Shown: positions 37,782-49,890 of the stretch, piece by piece
How positions within the stretch are numbered: position 1 is the first letter of the stretch
Layout of the letters: the number at the start of each line of letters is the position of its first letter
NCBI RefSeq assembly: GCF_011386835.1
Contig: NC_088798.1
Coordinates: 37,510,001-37,574,000, forward strand
Reading direction: 5' to 3'
DNA length: 64,000 nt
DNA from: Chrysemys picta bellii
Taxonomy: Eukaryota
Made by a program: the position numbers and the translations under genes
The notes under the pieces: generated by a model
Told to the model about the DNA's origin: nothing
What the model saw: the letters and a program-made list of their open reading frames with translations, nothing else
The model's database searches: none

Positions 37782-38038
37782 TTAAACTTCGTCCTAATTG
37801 CCAGTCCAGTGTTCTAACCAATAGACCTTGCTTCCCAACTCACACTGATAAATAATGTAGCAACAATACAAAATGTAGTATTCACACTTGTGGGAATACT
37901 TTGTGTATCTTGTACCAATTGATACAAGAGATTCATAACAAAAATTCAAATTTAAATACTGAATTGATTCAATTATCATTTTCATCCATTGATATCTTGT
38001 TTATTTTCTCCTGGACTGTTGATAATTATTTTTTGAAG

Positions 38039-38051
38039 CTCTGATGAGAAG
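38039..38051 (+). CDS. Candidate 13-nt micro-exon
   Basis: T-rich tract ending GAAG|CTCTGATGAGAAG|GTAAGT (consensus donor). Confidence 0.25.
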
Positions 38052-39528
38052 GTAAGTGTTTGCATGAAGGTGAAAGAACAGCTGAAGTGCTGGAGTTTAT
38101 ATTTCCTATAGAATACGGTAATAAATATGTGCAACTAATATACTGAAGATTTAATACAATACAATACAAAAAATAGCCAAAATAATGAGGGCATACGTAT
38201 TTTAGTATTCACATCCGGCACTTCTCCTAATTGTATTCTCATCTGTTTACTTAATAAGCAAACTGTAACCCACCCACCCCCATCACATACACTATTGCTA
38301 ATACATTACCTTAACAAAAAGCATACATACATTGCTGAGATACAAAAAATATAGTAACAAGATTTTATCTAAAGGCATCTGAATGCACTATGATACTTTG
38401 TAGCACAGTACACATATATAATTCAGATGGTGTTATTTCCCACTGTAGAAAATCATCATCATCTAACTTACAAACTTATAAAAAGGAAGAACAGATTGAA
38501 CCCTTGGCATAAAAAGATAACAATCGTAGCTCTCTCAAATATGAGGAGCATTTATAGCAAGTGAGAGCTGTAAAAAAAGGCCATATGTTAGCTTTTTCAA
38601 GCGGGCTTAGCTAAAACTGCATCGGGAGTTGGCATAGATGCCAGAATAACGAGGTACATCACAACTTGACCTAAATAATCAGACGTTATCTTTAATATTT
38701 ACATAGCATGGCCTGTTGCATTTTTATTTAACATCATAGAAGATGCAGCCCAAGGGGAAGGATTATTGTAAATATCTTGATTTGGGGCTGGAGCAAATGA
38801 GAGCAAGCCTGAAAGCTGCTCTAGTTTACAGCTGCTTTACATGAGCTACCTATTATAGGCTCGCCAGACTGGAGCAGCCTATAATTTCTGTATGACTCAG
38901 TGCTATAGAGTCTCCTCTTTCTGCTCCCACATGTCCCCCAGCACATTCCCTATGCCTGGGGCTTTGAAGGAACAGCACAGGCCCACTTATGGTGACCGTA
39001 CTTTTCTCCTGTGTTGGAGGGTGTAACCAAAATGGATGTAAACCAGTATCAGATCAGAATGGTAGCATTTTACACCGATTTTGCACAGGTGTAAATGACT
39101 CTATAACATGCAAGGCAATGGAGAATCATACCTTCCTGCTCGTCTAGAAAACATATTTGCGTCTTTCTTGGTGGAGGGAAGGTGTGACATCTTTGAGAAT
39201 GGCAATAGCCTTGGGGAAAGGTGAGGTGCTGAGCAGCTGTTGAGGAGTTGTTTTGAGGATGGGCCTGGGAAATGCAGATAGTGGTAATAGATTGTTGGTT
39301 GTGAATGTCATCTTGGGATTCTTGTTGTGATAGTGGTTGTAATGGAATGCTTAAAGGATGCAGAGATACATAATGAAGGTCCTAGAGATAGCCGTAGTGG
39401 CAATAGTGGTTGGGTAAGATTGATGGCTTAAAGAAGATGACCTGTTGTATTCTAGGCAAAGGAGATAGTCTTGATAAATCCCATAGTACAGATGGTAATG
39501 GGGACAAGAACAAAGTATTATTATTATT

Positions 39529-39618
39529 TAGTTGGGGATTGGTCGTGCTTTGAGCAGTGGGTTGGACTAGATGACCTCCTGAGGTCCCATCCAACCCTGA
39601 TATTCTATAAGTCTATGA
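39529..39618 (+). mobile_element. CR1 LINE 3' end
   Basis: GGTTGGACTAGATGACCTCCTGAGGTCCCATCCAACCCTGATATTCTATAAGTCTATGA, the canonical CR1 stem-loop plus ATTCTRTG tail. Confidence 0.92.
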
Positions 39619-40573
39619 ATATCTAAGGGGCTATTGAAGAAAAAATACACATTTTAGATATTTTGTGGACATTTGATTAAATAATATGTTTAATTGACAT
39701 GCATTCTTGTGTTATATATAAGATATTCAATTAGTGTAAATAATGCTGGAGTGTGAGAGTCTGAACCAGTTAGCTGGCAGTATAATTACTTAGGCACTCT
39801 GATACCTTGCAATTGGGCACAGCACAAATTTGAAGGGTACAACAGATTCACCACATAGCTTGGAACTTCTTGCAATTTCTCGCAAATAGAAGGCCATCCC
39901 AATGCCAAACAACAAACATCTGCTCATTCTACTGTCACCCTGATGAGTACTCAGGTACTAAAAATAAAAACAGAATAAAAGACCTCAGGATTTACCCCAT
40001 AATGATTAATATACACATCTTAGAAGTGTTTGAGGTAAACTCAACTTCACATCAAAACTTCACTATATGGCCAAGATGTGCACTAGTCAGCACTACTAAA
40101 TGATTATTGGTGTCTTATTACTTAATTAAAACCTCCTGTGGAGCAAGTGGTGTCATGAAAAATACTATAACTGGTTCAGCATGGACCCAACCTGAGTGAC
40201 TTTCAACTCTACTAAAAGTTTCAACCTGTATACAAGGCAAGGTAAGACCAATTGCTGACTAAGTTAATTTGTTCAAGTGGCAGCAACTGTCTGGGTTTTA
40301 ATAATTTTGGAAAATGGTTTTTTTTTCATGTAGTTTTATCGTGTAGTTCGCACATTTCTAAGGAAGAGCAGGGAAGGGAAAGGAAAGGAATCCCCAGAAG
40401 GCATAACTTTTATTATCTGCTTTCTTTATATCAAAGTGCAGTGTAATGGAAACAGAACACATAGTGAACTTGGGGGACACAAACTTCCATTTGAGATCAA
40501 AGCCAATGTATAATATGCAACTGATCAGTCCTGTTCTTGCTGACAAGTTAGCTTGATAATGGGAAATACTTAC

Positions 40574-40629
40574 AGAATGTTAGCAAAATGGACAAAGTGA
40601 AAGAACTGGCTTCTAAAAGAGTCAGTCTC
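40574..40629 (-). CDS. Candidate 56-nt exon
   Basis: Near-ideal acceptor CTGTCTTTTTCTTTGCAG and donor GTAAGT; two frames open (ETDSFRSQFFHFVHFANI or RLTLLEASSFTLSILLTF). Confidence 0.35.
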
Positions 40630-42369
40630 CTGCAAAGAAAAAGACAGGTAGTGACTGTCTTTAGAAAAGTGCCTCTTGAAAGACAGCACAGCATCAGCAG
40701 CAGTGCTGTGGATGAAGAGACAGCTGCTCATCCATCGGGTGTTTGAAGGAATTATGCCATCAAGAAGAATATATGAGTTAAAAGGGACAGTATATTAGCT
40801 TTTTTTTAAAAAATAAAATCCTCCTACAAAAGTACGTAGATATATTTCTTTATCAGTACTTTGAAGAAATCCAAGTATGATGTAATGTAGAATTTGCTGC
40901 ATTGATATACGACAGATTATATCAACCTGCCTTTAAATGGACATTTATAATAACCATTACTTTAAATTCATGCACCATCTCTTCCTTTTATCCACCATCA
41001 TCCCTACCTGGTCTATTTATGCAGACCTTATTCCAGTAAAAATGTTAGTATTCAGTCCTTTATGCCACCTACAGCACAGTTGCATGGCACCAGTTTCGGA
41101 TGCACCACAAACAAGTGCCGTTCTTTCTCTCCATACATCATTAATTCTCTGAGACTAACAATCTTTGTGTTTGTGTGAACTGTAATCAGGGCACAATGCA
41201 GCTTCAAGGAAAGAAGTAGAGAAGAAATCAAAAATGCTGCTGCTGTTCTACTGTAGAATGTCATGTGGTTGTGAAGAAAAGGCTATATACAAAATGAAGA
41301 ATAAAAAATGTGAGCAGGCCTGTATAAAAAATTTCTAGTTACTGCTAATTTTATACTCCATAGATTTTAATTGCATTGATCATCTGCTTTACCATGGTCA
41401 AAGATTAAGTGATTCCTGTGGATTCTGTTCATTAAGTGCCAAATCGTGTTACATGGAGCAAAATTGTGTAAGTGAAATTTGCTCCATGCAAGAAGTTTCA
41501 GAGGTGAGGAATGGAATCCTCAGACCCAGCTAGCCAGGCTGCTGTACAGCGAGGCTTTACGCACCATACCAGGGAATGAAGAGAAGGAGGACCCAAAGAA
41601 ATCCCTATGCCTGGGGTTTCAGAGCAGAGGATTATGGAATGCATGAGCTAGATGAACACATCCCCACCATGACTCCAGTCCTGTCTACAATCCAGCTCAT
41701 GGGGAACATAGAGGGGAGCCCAGAGGACCCTGCATAGGCTCTCCTCAGCCTGCACTGCAGAACCATTGCATTTGGGCTTTTCAGTGCATGTATCGAGAGC
41801 CAAGTTTTACGTGATTTACTTGCAGAAAGACTGAAATGCATTATATGGGGCTGTGCCGAAGCCCACTGAAGTCAATGGAAATCTTTTTTTTTAATCAGGC
41901 TGTAGGTAAACACCACTGGGGAGACAAATTTTGTAACACAGTGGTTTATTTCTTCTATAGTACTTTGCATCCGACATTATAGGTCACAAATGAAGAGAGA
42001 TATTTGGCCTCACACCTGTAGACATGGGTGCACATCCCAAAACTTGCACACAGCCAGAACATCTGCTTTAGAAGAGTCCAAACCTACAATTACCAAGATA
42101 TTTGTCTTGATTTAATTATAAGGTTTTAACTGTTTTTTCCCCTCAGCTTTTTTTCTTTGTGCCGATTCAGGGCCTGATCCTGCTACCTTACTCGCATGAG
42201 TGGCCTCATTGAAGCCAATGAAATTATTTACATGAGTGAGGACTATTGGACTGAGCACTAACGCATACATAGATGATGGGATGCATAGTTGTATTTAGAA
42301 TTTTAATGAAAACCATGTGCAGTGCAACAGCAAGCACTCTCTTCTCAGGAGCTTGATCTATACAGTATA

Positions 42370-42440
42370 GGTCTGATCCAAAACCCGTTGAAGTCAATGG
42401 GAGTCTTTCATTTGACTTCAATGCGCTTTGGATTAGGCTC
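42370..42440. repeat. Representative of an abundant short palindromic repeat (core ATTGAAGTCAAT/ATTGACTTCAAT)
   Basis: GGTCTGATCCAAAACCCGTTGAAGTCAATGGGAGTCTTTCATTTGACTTCAATGCGCTTTGGATTAGGCT; diverged relatives recur across the window. Confidence 0.75.
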
Positions 42441-42487
42441 TGTATACTTCTGAGGGCTCTGAAGTAGCGTTTTCATGCCCTAGTCAG

Positions 42488-43185
42488 CAGGGGCGGCTCT
42501 ATGGTTTTTGCCACCCCAAGCATGGCAGTCAGGTGGCTTTCGGCGCCATGCCTGCGGGAGGTCCACTGGTGCCACGCCTTCAACGTCCCCGCCACCAAAT
42601 TGCTGCCAAAAGCGCAGGACCAGCGGACCTCCCACAGGCATGCCACTGAACGCGGCCTGACTGCCGCCCTTACAGCGTGCTCGGGGAGGGGGCGTAGCAG
42701 AGGTGAGCCGGGGTGGGGAGCCCTGCGGCAGCTCCCCCCCCCCACCCTGAGGCACCCCCCCACACACACGGCAGCTCCCCACCCCCTCAGCCCGGGGAGA
42801 CATGCGGCAGCTCCCCACCCCAGCTCACCTCTGCTACGCCCCCTCCCTGAGCACGCCGTTGCTGCTCCACTTCTCCCACTATTTGGCACCGCAAGCCTGG
42901 GAGGGGAGGAGAATTAGAGTGGGGGCGGCATGTTCGGGGAGGAGGTGGAGCAGAGGGGAGCTGGGGTGGGGAGCTGCCGCATGGCTCCCCAGGCCAGGGG
43001 GTGGGTAGCTGCCGCAGGGGGGGAAATTGGGGGCACTGCTTTTTGGCACCCCCAAATCTTGGCACCCTAGGCAACCGCCTAGTTCACCTTAGTGATAGCC
43101 CCGGCCCTGGCGACCGGCAGGCTGCCCCCCGCAGCTTGCCGCCCCAGGCACGCACTTGCTGCGCTGGTGCCTGGAGCCACCCCTG
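42488..43185. mobile_element. hAT-type element (CAGGGGCGGCTC termini) containing an internal fragment of a second element
   Basis: TIR CAGGGGCGGCTC/GAGCCACCCCTG; TSD CTAGTCAG/CCAGTCAG (7/8); internal TIR-like end ...CCGGCCCTG at 43109. Confidence 0.8.
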
Positions 43186-43210
43186 CCAGTCAGGCCCCAA
43201 TTCATTAGGG

Positions 43211-43581
43211 CAGCAATTCTCAACCAAGGGTTTGGGCCCCTGGGGGGCTGTGAGCAGGTTTCAGGGGGGCTGCCAAGCATGTCCGGCATTAGACTCTCTA
43301 GGGCCCAGGGCAGAAAGCCAAAGCCCCTCTGCAAGGGACTGCAGCCCAGGACCCTGAGCCCCACAACCCAGGGCTGAAGCCAAAGCCTGAGCAACTTAGC
43401 TTCACGGAGCCCCCTGTGGTATGGGGCCCTGAGCAATTGCTCTGCTTGCTACCCCGTAATGCCAGCTCAGGCTTTAAATGCAGAAACATATTTGTTGTGG
43501 CACAGCCTGAGCCATGGAGGTTTTTTTGCATGTTGGGGGGGGGGGGCGGGGGCTCAGAAAGAAAAAGGTTGAGAACCCTTG
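43211..43581 (-). mobile_element. hAT-type MITE (CAGGGGTTCTCAAC family)
   Basis: Termini CAGCAATTCTCAACC/GGTTGAGAACCCTTG; degenerate TSD (5/8); inverted homolog of 46379-46748. Confidence 0.85.
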
Positions 43582-44822
43582 CAGTAAGACATTTAAACAT
43601 GAGTAGTCCCTCTTGAAATCAATGAGGTTCATCACATGCTTAAGGTAAGGCATGTGCTCAAGTACCTTGCGAAGTCAGGAAATGTATATGCATCTCTGAC
43701 CAGAGGCCATGTAAGCATAACTGCCATGGAATTTCCTAGTAGTTCCAACCTAATCCACATCTGGATACTGAAAACTTTCCTCTTTGAAAAGTACAGCAGC
43801 GCTACTCTTATGTCCCTGCTTGTTTGTTCTATGAAAATTGTGGCTGCCACTACTTCATTAAGGCTGCATGAAACATCTGTCTGTCTTTAAACACATAATC
43901 AACCTCCCCATGGACAAAGCTGACAAAGTATGTTTTTTTGTTTTCATATTTTCCCTTATGCCAATTTAAAAACAAACCAACTAGATATTTTGTTCTAAAT
44001 GTCTTTGATGGACCATGTTACTGGCAGCATGTTCCACTTCAATTAAAGCCTTTGCAAAGAGCTAAAAAGACAGGCACTAGGAATAAAAATGATCAAAGAT
44101 GACACTGATTGTGCACTGCTCTTAGTGGTTCAAAAATGCATTATCACGTCTGTTTCCACTAGCTGACAGATTTATGATTCCGCCAAAATATTCATGCCAT
44201 ATTCCATTTTCTAGTGCCAGATGAGACTTCTGCTTTCAGATGTTACTTGAAGGAAGATTCCAAAGTGCACCATGGGAAACACTAGTCATTAAAAAGCCCT
44301 TCTTCGTGTCTCCCTTGATACTGCATCATCATATTACAAACACATTTGTGCCAGAAAAATGTGACACCATACAATGAATTACAGAGTTTAAAAAAAAAAA
44401 ATACGGGCAGTCATTTACTTGGAAGATTGAGGAGATCAAAATATAAATTAGGTATTTAAAAAAAAAATCACACATGCTACTTCCTATCAGAACAAAACTA
44501 AAACGCTAATGAAATTCAAAGAAACTAGGCAGCATTTTTTTAAAAAAATACATGCATTATATTGCCATAATGATTAGAGAAGACTTCATCCAATAGACCA
44601 GACCGGATATTTTAAATATCCATTTAGGTAATTTGAAAATATAGATATAGCTGACAGAATGGAATGGAAGCCATTCCACTCCATCATGTATTCTGGCATC
44701 TGTTATCTGTAATAAATATCCTTATAAAAATACATTCCTGGAAAGACTTTACTTTTCATGGCAGATTTGAGTTTCAACTCACTTCTTGTTTTGGTTGAAT
44801 TTTTAAACTTTTCATTTTTCAG

Positions 44823-44948
44823 ATTGTCAAAAACAAAAATCGCATGTTATGGAGAAAAAAATGACCTTTGCATTGAAGCCATTTATGAATGGCATAGTAG
44901 AACCACAATGCTAGTGAAGCTGGAGAATATAAGGGCTGGAAGAAGGAG
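44823..44948 (+). CDS. Candidate 126-nt symmetric exon
   Basis: Acceptor CTTTTCATTTTTCAG, donor GAG|GTGAAA; one frame open (LSKTKIACYGEK...RAGRR). Confidence 0.25.
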
Positions 44949-45404
44949 GTGAAACAACCAGTTGGTAGTGGGCTGATGAGCTGGGCCTGATTCTGCTCTC
45001 ACTAGCACCAGTTTTAGGCCTATTACACCATTGATGCCAATTGGTTTACTCTTGATTTAGGCCCAATCCAGCAATCCCTCCTTACTCAACATTTCAATAG
45101 AATTTAGGCATGTGGGATAGGGAGTAACAAAACCATGGGCTTAAATCATTTGCTGAACTGGGGGGTCTATACAGGTGTGAGAGAATGAGCAGACCTGTTA
45201 GGTCTGTTTAGGGCAGAGGTAGGCATAATGGGCCTGATTTTCCACTCAGACCAGTGTAAATAATCCAAAGTCAATGAAGTTGTACTTGTATAAATAACCA
45301 AGGAGATGATCAGCTCCAGGGCCTTGAGGGGTGCTGAATGGCATGTGCTCAGATGCAGTGTGCACTCTGCCCTAGAGTATAGGAGAGAATGAATCCTACA
45401 CATG

Positions 45405-45556
45405 CAGGGCCGGCTCCAGGCACCAGCAGAGGAAACACGTGCCTGGGGCAGCACATGCTAAGGGGCGGCATTCCATCCATTCTTGGGGCTTCACAGTCTA
45501 GGCGGCCTTTTTTTTTTTTTCTGCTTGAGGCGGCAAAAATGGTAGAGCCAGCCCTG
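45405..45556. mobile_element. hAT-type MITE (CAGGGCCGGCTC family), 152 bp
   Basis: TIR CAGGGCCGGCTC/GAGCCAGCCCTG; perfect 8-bp TSD TACACATG. Confidence 0.93.
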
Positions 45557-46214
45557 TACACATGCCCATAGCATGTCGGGTCACACCCACTGTAGAATCA
45601 ACAGCACCATTGGCAGCACTAACTGTCCGCCTTCCTCACCCTCAGGAGTGTTTGCCATATCATATTTACCTCCTGTATGGCTACACTGACTAACTGTGGA
45701 AGAATAGCCCCCCTGCACCATTTCCTCCCTCTAATCCATCCCTCCAAGGGAAGCCACAATTTGATCTCTTTTCTGAGAGATGAGGACATACAGATTTGTG
45801 CCAGAACGTTAGTGTACAGAGCTGCTAGTATTCTTCCTGTAAAGGTTTGTAGTCCAGTTGTAAATCCTTGAAAATACGGGTTTACAATTTAAGTATTCAC
45901 CCTCCATTAAATATAATGGTATAGCTAGTGCAACTTCAATGTGTGTTGCTGCACAAAAGCCCAGATTCTTTTCTTTATAACCCAAAATTGCTAACTAGAG
46001 ACCATGAGATGAGCACTGTGGGCAATCAAGTAAATATTAACCTCAAACAAAATGTGACTCCACTCAAAGCTTGGTAATATTCTAAATAACATAAATGCTG
46101 GTAATCAGGGAAGGTCAAGGTCTGGAGGTTCAATTCAGTTTAAATTGACACTTAAAACTTGTGATGCTTATCCAGACTTTATCCAACTTAAGTTTGCATC
46201 CTCACTGCAAAGTG

Positions 46215-46375
46215 GGTAGGTTCCAGCTCTAAACCACACTTCCTGCTGGGTCAGCTAGCTCGGCTTGAAACATCTCCAAACCCAAGTCAGAGAGTTATGT
46301 GGGTGGAGAGATGGGGGAGTTAAGCTAACACCCAGGTAAGAGCCAGGGTTAACTATGCAGTGAAGATATACTCTA
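46215..46375. mobile_element. Harbinger-like MITE fragment adjoining the 46379 hAT insertion
   Basis: Ends ...GCAGTGAAGATATACTC followed by TAA. Confidence 0.4.
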
Positions 46376-46378
46376 AGA

Positions 46379-46748
46379 CAGGGGTTCTCAACCTTTTTCT
46401 TTCTCAGGACCCCGCACTCCCCCAAATGCAATAAAAACTCCATGGCCCAGCTGTGCCACAACAAATGTTTTTCTGCATATAAAAACCAGAGCCGGCATTA
46501 AGTGGTAGCAAGCAGGGCAGTTGCGCATGGCCCCACGCCACAGGGGGCACCGTGAAGTTAAGTTGCTCGAGCTTTGGCTTCAGCCCTGTGTCGTGGGGCT
46601 CAGGGTCCTGGGCTGCAGTCCCTTGCAGAGGGGCTTTGGCTTTCTGCCCTGGGCCCTAGAGAGTCTAATGCCAGCCATGCTTGGCAGCCTCCCTGAAACC
46701 TGCTCGTGGGCCCTTAGGGGGCCCCAGACTCCTGGTTGAGAACCACTG
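46379..46748 (+). mobile_element. hAT-type MITE (CAGGGGTTCTCAAC family)
   Basis: Termini CAGGGGTTCTCAACC/GGTTGAGAACCACTG; TSD CTCTAAGA/CCCTAAGA (7/8). Confidence 0.9.
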
Positions 46749-49700
46749 CCCTAAGAGAAAAACTGCACTGATTGAGTGCTGGCCTGCAGTGGGGGCTGCC
46801 AAGTACAGATATGCACCACTCCCACAATGACCTCATCACATGCAGCTGTAGGAGAGTGTCTGGAGCAGAATGCCTGCATTAGGTATTCACAGATCCACCC
46901 TAGGTAAGTAAGTACTACAGAGCAAGCCAGCCAGTCACAGCTACTGCCCGGCCTTAGATGAGAAGAATAGTGTAGTTATCACCTCCCAGCTCTATTGTGT
47001 CAGACTGTCTGCAGACTCTGCAGGACACCACCACATTGGTTTATGTCAGGTCACAATTGTAAAGGTTTTCTTCAACCCCATGAAAGTTTAGATTCTGGCG
47101 AACATTTCTGCAGCAAGGAATGGATTCCTCAGCAGATTCCATGGCTGCAGAATACTTGGTGTCCTGAAACCTTCCCACTTTTACCCAAGATAAATAATTT
47201 AGGTAAACAGAGCATCTGCAATGTTCCTCGGACTTCCCTACACTCACTATTGAGAATACCTGGAGAACTACTAATGCAGAGAGTTTACTAAGGCAGTTGG
47301 CATGTTTTTTAAAGTCTCCACTGTATCTCCAAAGCCCTACATTGTCTAGGTCCTGGTTTCCTTAGAGACCACCTCTCCCCTCTCCATCCTACCACAGCTG
47401 GAACCTGTCATCTGACTGCCTCAACAAGCGAAGCCAAAAACAAAGTATTCTCTGTATGGGGGTCCTTGCCTCTAGAATTCACTGCCACCAGAAATACATC
47501 TGAATTCTCGAGGCCAGGAATCCCCAGGAAATATAGCTACTGCATCACTCTGGATTGCACTGTGTTCTGCCTTACAGGTTGGGCCAGCGCTGTTCATGAG
47601 TCTGGATGGTTCGGCGAAGAGAGCAGGGCTCTGCCCTCTCTCTTTCCTCCCTGCCCCTTTCTGGTGGAAGTGATAGCCTGCAGCAGTGGTTGCGCTCAGC
47701 AGCACAAGGACTTCCACTTATCCTGACTCGAGTGAGTGAGTGTGTGTGCGTGTGTGTGTATGTACATAAGCGGAGAAAACTCTTTGTGCCATCTCTGTCT
47801 CCTTGCACATGTGCTTAGGGGCTGAACACAACTGAGTGAGCCAAAAGATGTACCACTTTGTCTAGTGCAGGTTCTGGAATGGCTAAGTTAGGTATTTCTG
47901 TCCTTAGCTTTGATGATCAGAGGGCAGGTTTATGGTCACTATATCTGTCTTAATGTTATTTGTTTTTATTGTAACCCATGTATAGTGCCCCTGGACACAA
48001 CAGTGAAAGGCCTTTTAAAAATGTGGAGCACTCATAATCTATCATCATAAACTATCTTGCTTGCATGTTTGCCTTTGTCTTGTATTGGATGAAATCAGCC
48101 GGACTTGCTCTGTACTTATACGAAGACTGTGGGGAAAAAAAATTCATTTGTTAATTTCCCTTCCCTTTGTACCCAACAAAATTTAGGGTGAGTTTCAAAT
48201 GAACGGCAAAATACAAAATCATTCCCATTTACAGTGATTTCAATATTATTGCCAAAAATATCACCTCGCAGTAATTTATTGGTTCCCTTTAGAGTGTAGC
48301 TGAGCTAGCGGTGATGGTCAGTTATCACACACAGAGCTGTCCAACAACAAACTCTTTCAGAACAGTGTAAAATCTCCATTATAAAAATATTTATTTAAAA
48401 TATTTTGTAAGCTGTCTGATACACAAGTTTCTTCCCACCCCAACAATAAACTGAAATAAATAAAGCAAAAAAAAAAAATCACAAACTTTCCTTTGCACTG
48501 GGTAGCTACATGTAGAAGATACTGGAGAACATATTTTATAAAACTCAGCAGGAAATATTTTAATGTTGAAGAACTTGAGGTCCCCCTACACCTTGTGGCC
48601 CTGCACTTTGTGTAATCACTTACACCAGTGCTAAGTGAGTGTAACAGAGTGTTGTTCAGATCTGGTAGTATTTTACATCCACTGGGGTGTTTTTGTTGGT
48701 GGTGTTTTTAATGTGCCATTTGAACCTTGAGATTTGCTCAGCTACAGGCTTCTAAATATCTGATCTTCTGACTTCTGCTGAAAGAACACCCATTGTTTCC
48801 AGGAAAGCCTGCTGCTATCATAACACTAAAAGCACAAGCCTGACAGTTCTGTAAGAGCAGGTGCCTATCAACTGCAATGGGGCAGTCAGATATTCATCCA
48901 TCCATCCATCTTCTGCAGAGTGACACAGCCTAAAATAAATTTAAAAAGCCTTTGGTGTTGTTAGCATTTCTTCTATATATATATATATAGAAGGAATCAT
49001 AATTATTTAAGAAATTCTTTTCTTAAAGAGAAAACTGGTTAACAACAGTATTCTTGCAATGTGTGTATGTCCTGGAATTCATTTGGAGGGTCTGTGAGCC
49101 AATGAAAAGACACATTTCCTTCTGCTTTTAGGAGCCTGCAAAGGTTTTTTCTTCCCTTCCTCTGTAACCATGGTAGTTAACAGGGCTCATGTAATGTTGC
49201 ATTAGGCTGGTTTGTTGTAGCAGCCTTGACTGTTTGTTCCAATATACAGTGTAATTTAATTAATCAAGTTGTCAGATGTAAAGTATAGAATATTTTCCAT
49301 ATTATGTTCCAATAAAAGTATGAATTGTAAATCTTTTATGGCTGTGGAAACCGTATAAAGTCATCCTGATAATCTGAGAAGCACATTCTATATAAAGAAG
49401 AACATCCTTTTCAATCTAAATTATTGCCTATTAAAGTCCTTGGGCCCAATTCTTTAGTGGGTTTGGGTGGCACAAAGCTGCCGAGAAGATAGCGGAGGCA
49501 GATCCTGGAGGATTTTCTCTGCATATGGAAGTCCCTTGGTGCTATAAAGCACTGCAGTGGCTCTTATACCATCTCCTTCTCACTCTCCACCACAGGGAGC
49601 ATAGCTCCTTTATGCCACTGGTGCAGATTAGAGCAGCCTGAACACTACTCCAAATTATGCTGTGAACTGGATGGGCCCCAGGATTGGGGGAGCATACAAG

Positions 49701-49784
49701 TGGCTAACAATCTCTTTGCCTGAGTGTTAAACAGGAACATTTTTGCTAAACTACAGCTGCACCAAGATGCTTCCATCTTCCAAG

Positions 49785-49890
49785 GATGTGTCTACACTGC
49801 AATTAAAAACCCATGATTGGCCCGTGCCAGCTGACTTAGGCTCACAGGCCTTGGTCTGCGGGGCTGTTTCAATGCCCTCCGCATGTATGT
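49785..49890. mobile_element. Harbinger-like MITE left-end fragment
   Basis: GGATGTGTCTACACTGCAATTAAAAACCC terminus; no matching right end found. Confidence 0.5.

Larger units (their letters stand above)
37095..37836 (-). mobile_element. tRNA/CORE-SINE split by the 37248-37781 insertion
   Basis: Left part ...AAGTCACA...GGCAGAGCAGAGACTA and right part AAC...CCAGTCCAGTGTTCTAACCAATAGACC rejoin into a SINE antisense consensus. Confidence 0.6.

Noticed and set aside
42473-43616. Cluster of overlapping 95-138-aa ORFs
   Set aside because: All are within GC-rich non-autonomous transposons.
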